IMG/VR virus record: IMGVR_UViG_3300044724_008721
Span: 1 to 28,100 of that record
Origin: a virus
Taxonomy: Duplodnaviria; Caudoviricetes
Strand: one strand, 5' to 3'
Length of the DNA: 28,100 nucleotides
Positions 1 through 8,319 of the stretch are shown piece after piece. Position 1 is the first letter of the stretch, and each line of letters begins with the position of its first letter. Made by a program: the position numbers and the translations under genes. A model generated the notes under the pieces. The model saw only the letters and a list, made by a program, of their open reading frames with translations, searched no databases and was not told where the DNA came from.

Positions 1-1
1 C

Positions 2-283
2 AAGTGCACTTACAATCGTTTCTTTTGTACCTAAAATCGTATCCATGCCAACTTCACTAATTTCAAAAACTACATGATAATCATCTAACAAGAAGGGATG
101 GATACATATCCTTTGCAACTCTACCTTATATTCAATGCCTTTATAATTAACCTTCAATTGTGTTGCTTTTGTTTCATTTTGGTGGGGCGATTCTTCTCCG
201 TCAACAACAAATGTTATGGCTAAACCTTCATACTTATCAATTAATGTTTTGACCGCCGTAGGATCGATTTTATATTTGTTCAT
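2..283 (-). CDS. Hypothetical protein, runs off the left edge (MNKYKIDPTAVKTLIDKYEGLAITFVVDGEES...)
   Basis: Not in the ORF track; my translation is open from ATG at 283 to the window edge; AAAAGAGGG RBS and a sigma70-like promoter upstream. Confidence 0.75.
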   Translation of the reverse strand, partial: MNKYKIDPTAVKTLIDKYEGLAITFVVDGEESPHQNETKATQLKVNYKGIEYKVELQRICIHPFLLDDYHVVFEISEVGMDTILGTKETIVSAL

Positions 284-313
284 TTTTTTCCCTCTTTTAA
301 TTAAGATATATGT

Positions 314-342
314 ATAATAAAGGAGAGTTATATACATGTCAA
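314..342 (-). promoter_or_regulatory. Leftward sigma70-like promoter
   Basis: TTGACA (342-337), 17-bp spacer, TATTAT (319-314). Confidence 0.7.
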
Positions 343-408
343 TATTAATTTTTTATTGCTTATAATATCGGTTTTTATTTTTATTTTATATCCCCCAAAA
401 AAAGCTTG

Positions 409-437
409 TTGACAGCACATAAAGTCACCGTTATTAT
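409..437 (+). promoter_or_regulatory. Rightward sigma70-like promoter
   Basis: TTGACA (409-414), 17-bp spacer, TATTAT (432-437), followed by AAAGAGGGT RBS. Confidence 0.7.
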
Positions 438-469
438 ATACATATATTAAATATAAAGAGGGTAAAAAA

Positions 470-1000
470 ATGGACATAAACAAAGCAATTAATATAATGG
501 GATTAGATAATAGTTTCAATTTTGATGAACTAACAAAACAATATAAAAAATTATTATTCAAATTCCATCCAGATCATGGTGGAAGTGATGAACAGTTTAT
601 AGATCTTAAAAATGCTTATAAATTACTAGCAACAAAACAAACTTATAAAGGAAAGAAATTTGATTATGATTCAAAAACTATAGAAGATGTTGAGAAAAAT
701 TACAGTGAACAATTAATCAATAAACTTACTGAAATATTAAATATATATCACGGAAACACCGAAATTAATATAAGTGTTGATATTGTAGGGGATTGGATAT
801 GGATTGGTGGGGATACAAAAAAAGTAAAGGAAAATTTAAAAGACCTAAAATGTCGATTTAGTAAAAATAAGGCTATGTGGTACTGGCACGAGGGGAAGTT
901 TCAAGGCTATAAGGGGCGGACTATATCTTATAGCGAGATTGTAGCAACACATGGAAAAATTCAAATAAAAGAAGATAAAAGAAAACAGTTGACGGCTTAA
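470..1000 (+). CDS. J-domain (DnaJ-like) protein
   Basis: N-terminal J-domain with YKKLLFKFHPDHGG (HPD motif); Trp-rich C-terminal domain (GDWIWIGGDT...KAMWYW). Confidence 0.85.
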   Translation: MDINKAINIMGLDNSFNFDELTKQYKKLLFKFHPDHGGSDEQFIDLKNAYKLLATKQTYKGKKFDYDSKTIEDVEKNYSEQLINKLTEILNIYHGNTEINISVDIVGDWIWIGGDTKKVKENLKDLKCRFSKNKAMWYWHEGKFQGYKGRTISYSEIVATHGKIQIKEDKRKQLTA

Positions 1001-1125
1001 TTTATGGGGGGGGGATTGCTTGCTTTATTAATGGTGTTATTTTTTTTAAATTTAAATTAAAACTTGAAAGATTATTTATTTTAATATATTTTAAACTCAA
1101 ATTAATATAAAATGAGGATTAAAAA

Positions 1126-1380
1126 ATGGAGAATTATACAACCACCGATCTTGGCCTTGCGTCTTACTTAGCACTTAAAAAAATACCGATAATAAAAACT
1201 GAAGTAAAATCACATAATCAAATTACATTTGTTTTTGAAAATAAAGAAAAATGCACTCAGCTATTCAATGCTTACTTTAATTCTGAGATGTATGAGCTTA
1301 TCAAGCAGTACCAAAAACTAAAATCTTGGATACACGCAACTAAGGAAGAAGTAAAAAAAACTAAAGGGAAAAATGTATGA
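1126..1380 (+). CDS. Small protein resembling DUF5659
   Basis: YTTTDLGLASYL...ITFVF...YQKLKSWI pattern recalled from that family; GAGGA RBS. Confidence 0.6.
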   Translation: MENYTTTDLGLASYLALKKIPIIKTEVKSHNQITFVFENKEKCTQLFNAYFNSEMYELIKQYQKLKSWIHATKEEVKKTKGKNV

Positions 1381-1646
1381 AGCTTGAACAAATGAAAAAA
1401 CACATTGAAGCAATGAAACTAGTAGCTGATATTCCGTTGCCTTATGTGATAAGGAATAAAATTATAAATTTAATCCAAACTTTAAATTCTGCAATTTCGA
1501 CAAATGAAGATAATACAGAGTTTTATTCTCAATTTAATGACAGCGACTTGGAAATAATAAAAAAATCTTTTGAAGATTTGGTAATTTCTGCTAATAACCA
1601 ACATAATATTGATTGTTTATTAGAATTATTAAAAGAAGACCGTTAA
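1377..1646 (+). CDS. Hypothetical protein
   Basis: 89-aa ORF with ATGA overlap to the upstream gene, ending 1 bp before the next gene. Confidence 0.7.
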   Translation: MKLEQMKKHIEAMKLVADIPLPYVIRNKIINLIQTLNSAISTNEDNTEFYSQFNDSDLEIIKKSFEDLVISANNQHNIDCLLELLKEDR

Positions 1647-1647
1647 A

Positions 1648-3363
1648 ATGAAGGTTAATATAATAATACCAGTATATAATAATTCAAAACAAGAAATTAG
1701 AAACGTTTTGTTATCGCTTGAAGATCAATGCTATAAAGATTTTACAGTGACTATGGTTTTCGATGGTGACAAAGAAAATTTTAAACACGTTCAAGAAACA
1801 TATTACAAGAATGAAAAATGTATTTTACCTTTTCCTTTGTTTATCGAATTGTTATCTGAAAATGTGGGAGCTTGTAAGGCTCGAAATTATGGGGCAACAA
1901 TTAGCAATAATGCCTTATGCCCTGAAACAGGGAATTTTTTAGGGGGTAAAATATTATTTTTCATAGATGCCGATTGCGAGATTAGAAGCGGTATGTTGAG
2001 GGAGTGCGTCAAACAATTAGAGAATAACGAAAACATTGATTTTGTTTATGGTAATTATTGGTATGGAGATAATAATATTATTCATCAAGCGATAGAATTT
2101 GATTCGCATTGTTTAAAAACTATGAATTATATTAGTACTATGTCGCCTATCAGAAAATCAGCCTTCCAAGCTGTTGGCGGTTTTCGTGATGATTTAGAAT
2201 TTTTCCAAGATTGGGATTTGTTCTATAGAATGGCTGAAAAGGGAAGTAAAGGAAAATATGTAAATGAAATAATTTTTAAAACAAAAACTCCAACAGTAAA
2301 AAATATTAGCGGAAATGAAAAAAGCTTAGACGAAAAATCACGTCATTTCAGAAAAATTAATAATATTGAAGATAAAAAACTAGTTACTACTACGTTTTCA
2401 GCCCCTTACCAAGCCTTGCATAGAGCAAAAATGCTGGATAGTGACTATATAAATCCTGACGCAATACATAGGTTAGATTTCAAAAACTGGAAAGCTACTT
2501 ATATGGTAGGTTTTTTTACATCTCCGATACAACCTGCTTTCATTAATCATTTTAACTCAATGAAAGGAAAAAAGATTATACATTTTATTGGTACTGATGT
2601 ATTCCAATTATTAACTGAACATCCTTTGTATGTTTTAGATGAAATTGTTAGTCGACTTGAAAATGATAATGCTACTATTTTTGCTAACTCTCCAAGATTG
2701 GTTTATGAGTTAGAAAGAATAGGATTTAAAGAGCCTAAATTGTTGTACTCCCCTATATATGATATAGATCAATATAATAATGAGCGTAAGCTACCTGAGC
2801 AATTTACAATAGCAGTATATCACACTGACGGAAGCCCTTTAACAATGCTAAATGACAAGACAGGTAATAGTAACGTTCCACACATAATGGAAGTGGCTAA
2901 AGCATTGCCTCATATTAAGTTTAAGTTTTTTGGCGGAACAGAAAAGTACAACCATACAAATTTAGACAAAAAAATAGCAAAAAATATAGAATTTTGTGGA
3001 CGAATTAAAGAGGAAAATATGTTGGATTTTATTGGCTCGTGTTCTGCAATTATTAGGTCGACTGTTCATGATGGCTTCCCCCATTCACCTATACAATTTA
3101 TGTTATGTGGTAGGCAGGCTATTGTAAGTTGTCCTGACGAATCAATGAAGTATGCTACTAAGTTGCAATATGAAGACATAATAAATATAGATGATGCAAA
3201 AAAAGATATGATTGATTGTATACGAGAAGCCATGCAAAACCAAAATGAATTTTACAAAAAATCAGATGAAGTAAAAGAGTATTACAAAAAATTAATGTCT
3301 GAAGAAACGTTTAAAAATGAAATATACAAGGCTGTTAATGATGAAAATACAAAGAAAAATTAG
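1648..3363 (+). CDS. Two-domain glycosyltransferase (N-terminal GT2/GT-A, C-terminal GT-B/GT4-like)
   Basis: IIIPVYN, GACKARNYG, FIDAD (DxD), GGFRDDLEFFQDWDL; C-terminal NIEFCGRI...STVHDGFPHSPIQFMLCGRQAIVS; no obvious TM helix. Confidence 0.88.
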   Translation: MKVNIIIPVYNNSKQEIRNVLLSLEDQCYKDFTVTMVFDGDKENFKHVQETYYKNEKCILPFPLFIELLSENVGACKARNYGATISNNALCPETGNFLGGKILFFIDADCEIRSGMLRECVKQLENNENIDFVYGNYWYGDNNIIHQAIEFDSHCLKTMNYISTMSPIRKSAFQAVGGFRDDLEFFQDWDLFYRMAEKGSKGKYVNEIIFKTKTPTVKNISGNEKSLDEKSRHFRKINNIEDKKLVTTTFSAPYQALHRAKMLDSDYINPDAIHRLDFKNWKATYMVGFFTSPIQPAFINHFNSMKGKKIIHFIGTDVFQLLTEHPLYVLDEIVSRLENDNATIFANSPRLVYELERIGFKEPKLLYSPIYDIDQYNNERKLPEQFTIAVYHTDGSPLTMLNDKTGNSNVPHIMEVAKALPHIKFKFFGGTEKYNHTNLDKKIAKNIEFCGRIKEENMLDFIGSCSAIIRSTVHDGFPHSPIQFMLCGRQAIVSCPDESMKYATKLQYEDIINIDDAKKDMIDCIREAMQNQNEFYKKSDEVKEYYKKLMSEETFKNEIYKAVNDENTKKN

Positions 3364-4012
3364 TTATGTCCTCCCTGTGTACAATCAAGAATTATATTTA
3401 AAAAAAACCCTTGATAGCTTGTACAACCAAAAGGAAAAAGGGCAAATAATTGTAATTAATGACGGAAGTACAGATTTTACCGCCGATATTATCGAGCAAA
3501 ATAGAGAAAAAATAGATGTTATTATTACTAATAAAACTAGAAAGGGGTCAGCATATAGCAGGAATAGGGGTAATGACTGTGCAAATGGTGACTATATAGC
3601 TGTCTGTGACTGTGATATATATTATCCCGAACGGTCGCTTTCCATCTTAAAATTCTTTGAAGAAAATCAGGAAAAAAGCGTATATTATTCAGCATTAGAG
3701 TTAAGGGAATATAATAGAGATTATACAACATTAATGGAAGCTTACGAATGGGATTTTAAAAGCAAGTGTCCGATTAGTCATCCAACGGTAGCATATAAAC
3801 GAAAGGTAGCGGAAAAAGTACGCTACCAAGAAAAAAGCAAAGATACTGATTTATACGAGTTTTTTTTACTTGATTGTCATAAAAATAAGTTCTTATTCGG
3901 TGGTGACAATGTTCCAAGAATGTTAAAATTAGAAAACGATAATACAAGAAATAGGGAGGGAGCAAAGAAACTAAAAAAAGAAATGTATAAAAAATATAAG
4001 ATTAATATTTAG
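3338..4012 (+). CDS. Glycosyltransferase family 2
   Basis: ISYVLPVYNQE, IIVINDGSTD, GSAYSRNRG, DCD motif; start uncertain (3317, 3338 or 3341). Confidence 0.9.
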   Translation: MMKIQRKISYVLPVYNQELYLKKTLDSLYNQKEKGQIIVINDGSTDFTADIIEQNREKIDVIITNKTRKGSAYSRNRGNDCANGDYIAVCDCDIYYPERSLSILKFFEENQEKSVYYSALELREYNRDYTTLMEAYEWDFKSKCPISHPTVAYKRKVAEKVRYQEKSKDTDLYEFFLLDCHKNKFLFGGDNVPRMLKLENDNTRNREGAKKLKKEMYKKYKINI

Positions 4013-4021
4013 GATGTGAAA

Positions 4022-4864
4022 ATGGAAAAAATAGGAATAATTGGTAATGGCTTTGTTGGGTCGGCTGTAGCTTATGGGATGTCGGCTCAATGCGGATATG
4101 ATTCAGAAATTAAAATATATGATATAGATCCACTTAAAAGAACACATAGTTTATCTGAAGTAGTAAATGGTAGTGACTGGGTATTTATATCTGTGCCTAC
4201 CCCATCAAAAGAAGATGGAAGCATAGACAATAGTTTTGTTTATAAGGTTTTTGAAGATATTGAAAAGGTAAAAATTAAACAAGAACATGATACTGTGTTT
4301 TTTTTGCGTTCGACATGCATTTTAGGAACAACAAGAAAAATACAAGAAAAATACCCTAAATTAAATATTGTATACAATCCTGAGTTTTTAACGGAAAGAA
4401 ATGCAAAATTTGATTTTATCAATCCTTCAAGAATTGTATTAGGTTATAGTGATTTAGAGCAAATCAATAGCGTTGTTAAGAAAAATAAAATAAAAGATTT
4501 TTTTAGTAAAAGATTTTCAAATGTAAAAATAATTTCTTGTATGTATGAAGAAGCGGAAATGATTAAGTATATGTCCAACAATTATTTTGCGGTTAAGTTA
4601 GCATTTCTAAACGAAATGCATTTAATTTATAAAAACAATGAATTGATTAATTGGGATGTTGTAATGGAAGGATTTCTAAGTGATGGACGTATTGGCCACA
4701 GTCACAATAAAATAGCCTTAGATGGGAAGCTAGGGTATGGCGGTGCTTGCCTACCAAAAGATATAAAAGCAATGTATTCATATGCTAGTAAGTTAGGTTT
4801 AGACCATGAATTTAATGTGTTAAAAGGTGCTATTGATAGTAATACACAATTAAGGGGGGAATAA
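4022..4864 (+). CDS. ugd: UDP-glucose/GDP-mannose dehydrogenase family protein, lacking the C-terminal domain
   Basis: GIIGNGFVG Rossmann motif, FISVPTP, LRST, YNPEFLTE, AEMIKYMSN, catalytic GYGGACLPKD; ATG at 4022 follows AGGA (track start is GTG at 4016). Confidence 0.88.
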   Translation: MEKIGIIGNGFVGSAVAYGMSAQCGYDSEIKIYDIDPLKRTHSLSEVVNGSDWVFISVPTPSKEDGSIDNSFVYKVFEDIEKVKIKQEHDTVFFLRSTCILGTTRKIQEKYPKLNIVYNPEFLTERNAKFDFINPSRIVLGYSDLEQINSVVKKNKIKDFFSKRFSNVKIISCMYEEAEMIKYMSNNYFAVKLAFLNEMHLIYKNNELINWDVVMEGFLSDGRIGHSHNKIALDGKLGYGGACLPKDIKAMYSYASKLGLDHEFNVLKGAIDSNTQLRGE

Positions 4865-5589
4865 TGGTAAATATAACAGTTGATAAAAAAAAGACTAGCA
4901 AAAAGTTAGCAAAAAAAACTAGTAAAAAAAAAGTTAAAAAAACTAATGAAGAAATAGCTAATTTGTTATCAAAAGATGTAGTTGAGTTTAATAAGTATAG
5001 GGAAGAAAACCCCGATCAAGACATACATATAGAGGATCGCAAGTATTATGAATGCAATTTAAAGTCTGCTAATTTAAAAAATATGACACTAAAAAAAATA
5101 AATTTTGTTGAATGTGATATGGCTCTCACGAAATTTAGGGGGTCTCGAATTATTGGTTGCCGTTTTGCCGAGTGTAATATGGTTAGTGTTAATTTTAGAG
5201 ACAATTCGATTGTCAATACGATTTTTAAAGAGTGCAATATGTCAGATTGTCAAGGCAAGAATGTAAACTTAATTGACGTTCTATTTAGAGCAAACTGTAT
5301 GTTATATGCTAGTTTCACCAAATCTATTGGAATTTATAAAGAATATGGAAATAAAACTGAAATTATTAAAAGTGGAAACGCAGATGACGGATGGATATTA
5401 GAAGGGGAAACTAAATGGCCTAAAAAACGTAGGCATAATGATACAAAATGGAATAAATCTATTAATAAGTGTAAAGATTTTGGTGATAAAAATGGGGACA
5501 TAATAAAGTTTTTTTTGTGTGGGGTTGTTTTCCCTGTTATTGGTTTTGCAATTATTGGACTAATGGCATGTAATATGCCTATGCAGTGA
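4864..5589 (+). CDS. Pentapeptide-repeat protein with C-terminal TM helix
   Basis: CNLKS-ANLKN-MTLKK-INFVE-CDMAL-TKFRG repeats; hydrophobic FFLCGVVFPVIGFAIIGLMAC tail; Lys-rich N-terminus. Confidence 0.8.
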   Translation: MVNITVDKKKTSKKLAKKTSKKKVKKTNEEIANLLSKDVVEFNKYREENPDQDIHIEDRKYYECNLKSANLKNMTLKKINFVECDMALTKFRGSRIIGCRFAECNMVSVNFRDNSIVNTIFKECNMSDCQGKNVNLIDVLFRANCMLYASFTKSIGIYKEYGNKTEIIKSGNADDGWILEGETKWPKKRRHNDTKWNKSINKCKDFGDKNGDIIKFFLCGVVFPVIGFAIIGLMACNMPMQ

Positions 5590-5618
5590 AGATATATAGT
5601 TGAATATTGAGGTAAAAA

Positions 5619-5765
5619 ATGAATATTAGAAAAAGATTTGGATTCCCGCCTAACCCTAACCCACTTAAAAGAAAAGACCCGCCAAAACAAAAAAAAATTA
5701 AACCTATGCCAATTAATAAAAGTATACCTAATTTTAATTTAGGAAAAAATGCAAAAAAGAAATGA
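5619..5765 (+). CDS. 48-aa Pro/Lys-rich peptide (MNIRKRFGFPPNPNPLKRKDPPKQKKIKPMPINKSIPNFNLGKNAKKK)
   Basis: Below the ORF-track cut-off; GAGGT RBS, fills the gap, and its stop overlaps the next start (ATGA at 5762-5765). Confidence 0.65.
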   Translation: MNIRKRFGFPPNPNPLKRKDPPKQKKIKPMPINKSIPNFNLGKNAKKK

Positions 5766-6472
5766 ATATCGAAGTAAACTACAAAAAATTAATTGAAATA
5801 TTTAAAAATGATACACGGCTTAATCAATATATAAAACCAAATCCAAACTACCTCAAAAATTTAGCTTTTTCAGGATATGTTATTAATGAACCATATTTAC
5901 TTGAACCGCAAGAATATATTATAGGTCAATGTGAAATGATAGATGTTTTTGATATTTTAATAAACAAAAAAATAAAAAAATTATATCTAAACAAAACTAA
6001 TACTGCTTTTGGATTTGGTTTTATATTAGGTATTGTTACAGATAATTCTACATTTTATTATAATTTGTTAAGTGACGCATATACACATAAAAAAATAAGA
6101 TTTACTAATTTAGAAAACATAATAAATAAAAATATTGTAAAAATAGATTTTGAACAAAAAGAAAAAAATAAACACCATATTATTGATACCTATATATTTA
6201 CAACTGATAAGAAAGAATTATTTAGGTTATCTATAGATATGACGTCAACAAAAAAAAGAATAGTATCATACAATTATAAAAATTGTTGCGTAGATTATTG
6301 TGGTTTTAATAATTGTTGTTGTAGTTGCGACGATAATTCCTCTACAAAAAAAAGAACATGGGCAACGCATAAGCCTTTTTGCCAAATTTCAAGATTTATT
6401 ACTGACAAAATTAATAGCAAAGATTTATTAAGATGTCATTTTGATATAGAAAAGGAAGAAATAAAAATTTAA
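5762..6472 (+). CDS. Hypothetical protein with Cys cluster
   Basis: 236-aa ORF within the operon; NCCVDYCGFNNCCCSC. Confidence 0.7.
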   Translation: MNIEVNYKKLIEIFKNDTRLNQYIKPNPNYLKNLAFSGYVINEPYLLEPQEYIIGQCEMIDVFDILINKKIKKLYLNKTNTAFGFGFILGIVTDNSTFYYNLLSDAYTHKKIRFTNLENIINKNIVKIDFEQKEKNKHHIIDTYIFTTDKKELFRLSIDMTSTKKRIVSYNYKNCCVDYCGFNNCCCSCDDNSSTKKRTWATHKPFCQISRFITDKINSKDLLRCHFDIEKEEIKI

Positions 6473-6488
6473 ATTTGAGGTAAAAAAA

Positions 6489-7154
6489 ATGAAATATAAA
6501 TCAAAAGAAGAAGCTGTAAAAGATCATGTTGATAATTATAGAAGTGATGGAGTTAAGAAAAAAAAAGGGTTTCCTAATTCACATGATTATTTAAGATTTC
6601 AATTCATTAAATCGCATATAGAAAATGATAGTCTAGTTTTAGATGTTGGTTGCAATAGCGGTATTTTAGGCTTACATTTAGCTAAAAAATATTGTTATGT
6701 AAGAGGAATAGATGTAGTAGAAGAACTTGTTGAAAAAGCAAAAAAGAATGGAACACACGCCAAAGTGGGAGAAGCGGAAAACTTACCTTACAGAGATGAT
6801 TTTTTTGATTACGTAGTATGTGCTGAGGTGTTAGAACATTTATATAATCCCGAAGAAGCAATAAAAGAAGCTTATAGAGTTCTAAATGATGGAGGAATGT
6901 ATATTGTAACAGTTCCACACCCTGAATCTACTGGGGATAAATTAGGGGATTACCACCAGCAAAATTTTAGTTATAATATAATAGATGAGATTTTTTCTAA
7001 GTATTTTAAAAATAATTATGAGTATAGCGGTATTGCTTATAGCCAAGAATACTGCAACCAAGTTGCATCGACAAAAGAAGAGGCCGATATACTACTAAAA
7101 AAGCCGCAATGGCTAGGAATCATAGCTATAAAAGGGGCAAAAAATGACGCATAA
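6489..7154 (+). CDS. Class I SAM-dependent methyltransferase
   Basis: VLDVGCNSG, GIDV, AENLPYRDDFFDYVVCAEVLEHL, RVLNDGG. Confidence 0.92.
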   Translation: MKYKSKEEAVKDHVDNYRSDGVKKKKGFPNSHDYLRFQFIKSHIENDSLVLDVGCNSGILGLHLAKKYCYVRGIDVVEELVEKAKKNGTHAKVGEAENLPYRDDFFDYVVCAEVLEHLYNPEEAIKEAYRVLNDGGMYIVTVPHPESTGDKLGDYHQQNFSYNIIDEIFSKYFKNNYEYSGIAYSQEYCNQVASTKEEADILLKKPQWLGIIAIKGAKNDA

Positions 7155-8289
7155 AAAATTAAATATATGTTATGTACCATCACTTAATTTAGGTGTTTGT
7201 CTTTGGAGAATAGAAAACTATGCAAATGCTTTAATTAAATATGAGGATCAATGCAAAGTTTACGTTAAATACTTTTTTCACCCTCTAGAGAATTTAGCTT
7301 GGGATAAACTAATTCTTAATAGTGCTAAAAGTAAAGAAATGTTTACAGAATTAGAAAGTATATTTCAAGTGTTTGATATTATAATTTTTCAAAAGATACA
7401 AAATAAAGAAGCCTTAATTGTAATAGATGAATTAAAAAACAAATACCCAAATGTAAAACTTATAGCTGAATTAGATGATACTATCGGAGAAGTAACCCCT
7501 AGTAATATCCATGTATTCACTAATGAGCATAGCAACGCCGTAGAACATTTAAAGCTTAGTGATGGAATTATAGTAAGTACAGAATACTTGTCTAACGCAT
7601 TAAAAAAATATGGTAATAATAATATACATGTAGCCCCTAACTGCCTTAATATTACTAATGACGATTGGTCAATGGGATTGAAAGAGAAAGAAAAAGAAGA
7701 AACGGACATATTCAAAGCCCATAATAAAAGAAAGGAAATTGTTACACTTGGTTATGTCGCAGGGGGTGGACATGATGAAGATATAGAGTTATTTATTAAG
7801 CCAATACTAAAAATATTAGATAGCGTGGATTATGTTAGATTAGTGATAAGGTATGGTGGATATAAACCTGAATGTATACCTGAACATAAATATATAGATT
7901 TTAAATCAGTTGCTGTAAATTCACCCACAGATAAATGGGCGCCAAACAAAAACTATTTAACTTCAATGCAAGAATTAAATGTAGATATAGGTTTAGCACC
8001 GTTAAGAGATACAGAATTTAATCGCTGTAAAAGCTGTATAAAATGGCTTGAGTGGGCATATCTTAATACGCCTATAGTAGCTAGTGATATAGAGCCTTAT
8101 AGACACGTTAAAGGGAATTTATTTTTAACCTCTAATGATGAATATGATATAGAAAAGAAATTAAACCATGTTATAGATACGATTAAGAAAAACAAGCAAG
8201 ATTTTAGTTTTTTAAGAAATCAGGCCTTAAAAGCGTATAATATTGATAATGAAGCTAAGAATCTGATAGAATTTTTAAAGAAAATTTAA
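7144..8289 (+). CDS. Glycosyltransferase, GT-B fold (GT4-like)
   Basis: IIFQK, AELDD, IIVSTEYL, HVAPNC, DIGLAPLRDTEFNRCKSCIKWLEW...PIVASD. Confidence 0.85.
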   Translation: MTHKKLNICYVPSLNLGVCLWRIENYANALIKYEDQCKVYVKYFFHPLENLAWDKLILNSAKSKEMFTELESIFQVFDIIIFQKIQNKEALIVIDELKNKYPNVKLIAELDDTIGEVTPSNIHVFTNEHSNAVEHLKLSDGIIVSTEYLSNALKKYGNNNIHVAPNCLNITNDDWSMGLKEKEKEETDIFKAHNKRKEIVTLGYVAGGGHDEDIELFIKPILKILDSVDYVRLVIRYGGYKPECIPEHKYIDFKSVAVNSPTDKWAPNKNYLTSMQELNVDIGLAPLRDTEFNRCKSCIKWLEWAYLNTPIVASDIEPYRHVKGNLFLTSNDEYDIEKKLNHVIDTIKKNKQDFSFLRNQALKAYNIDNEAKNLIEFLKKI

Positions 8290-8319
8290 AATTAAAATTA
8301 ATATTAAGGGTATTTATAT

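Noticed and set aside
328-7715. Short minus-strand ORFs (328, 3537, 3774, 4240, 5046, 5334, 6682, 7389)
   Set aside because: They overlap well-supported plus-strand genes or promoters and show antisense-type composition
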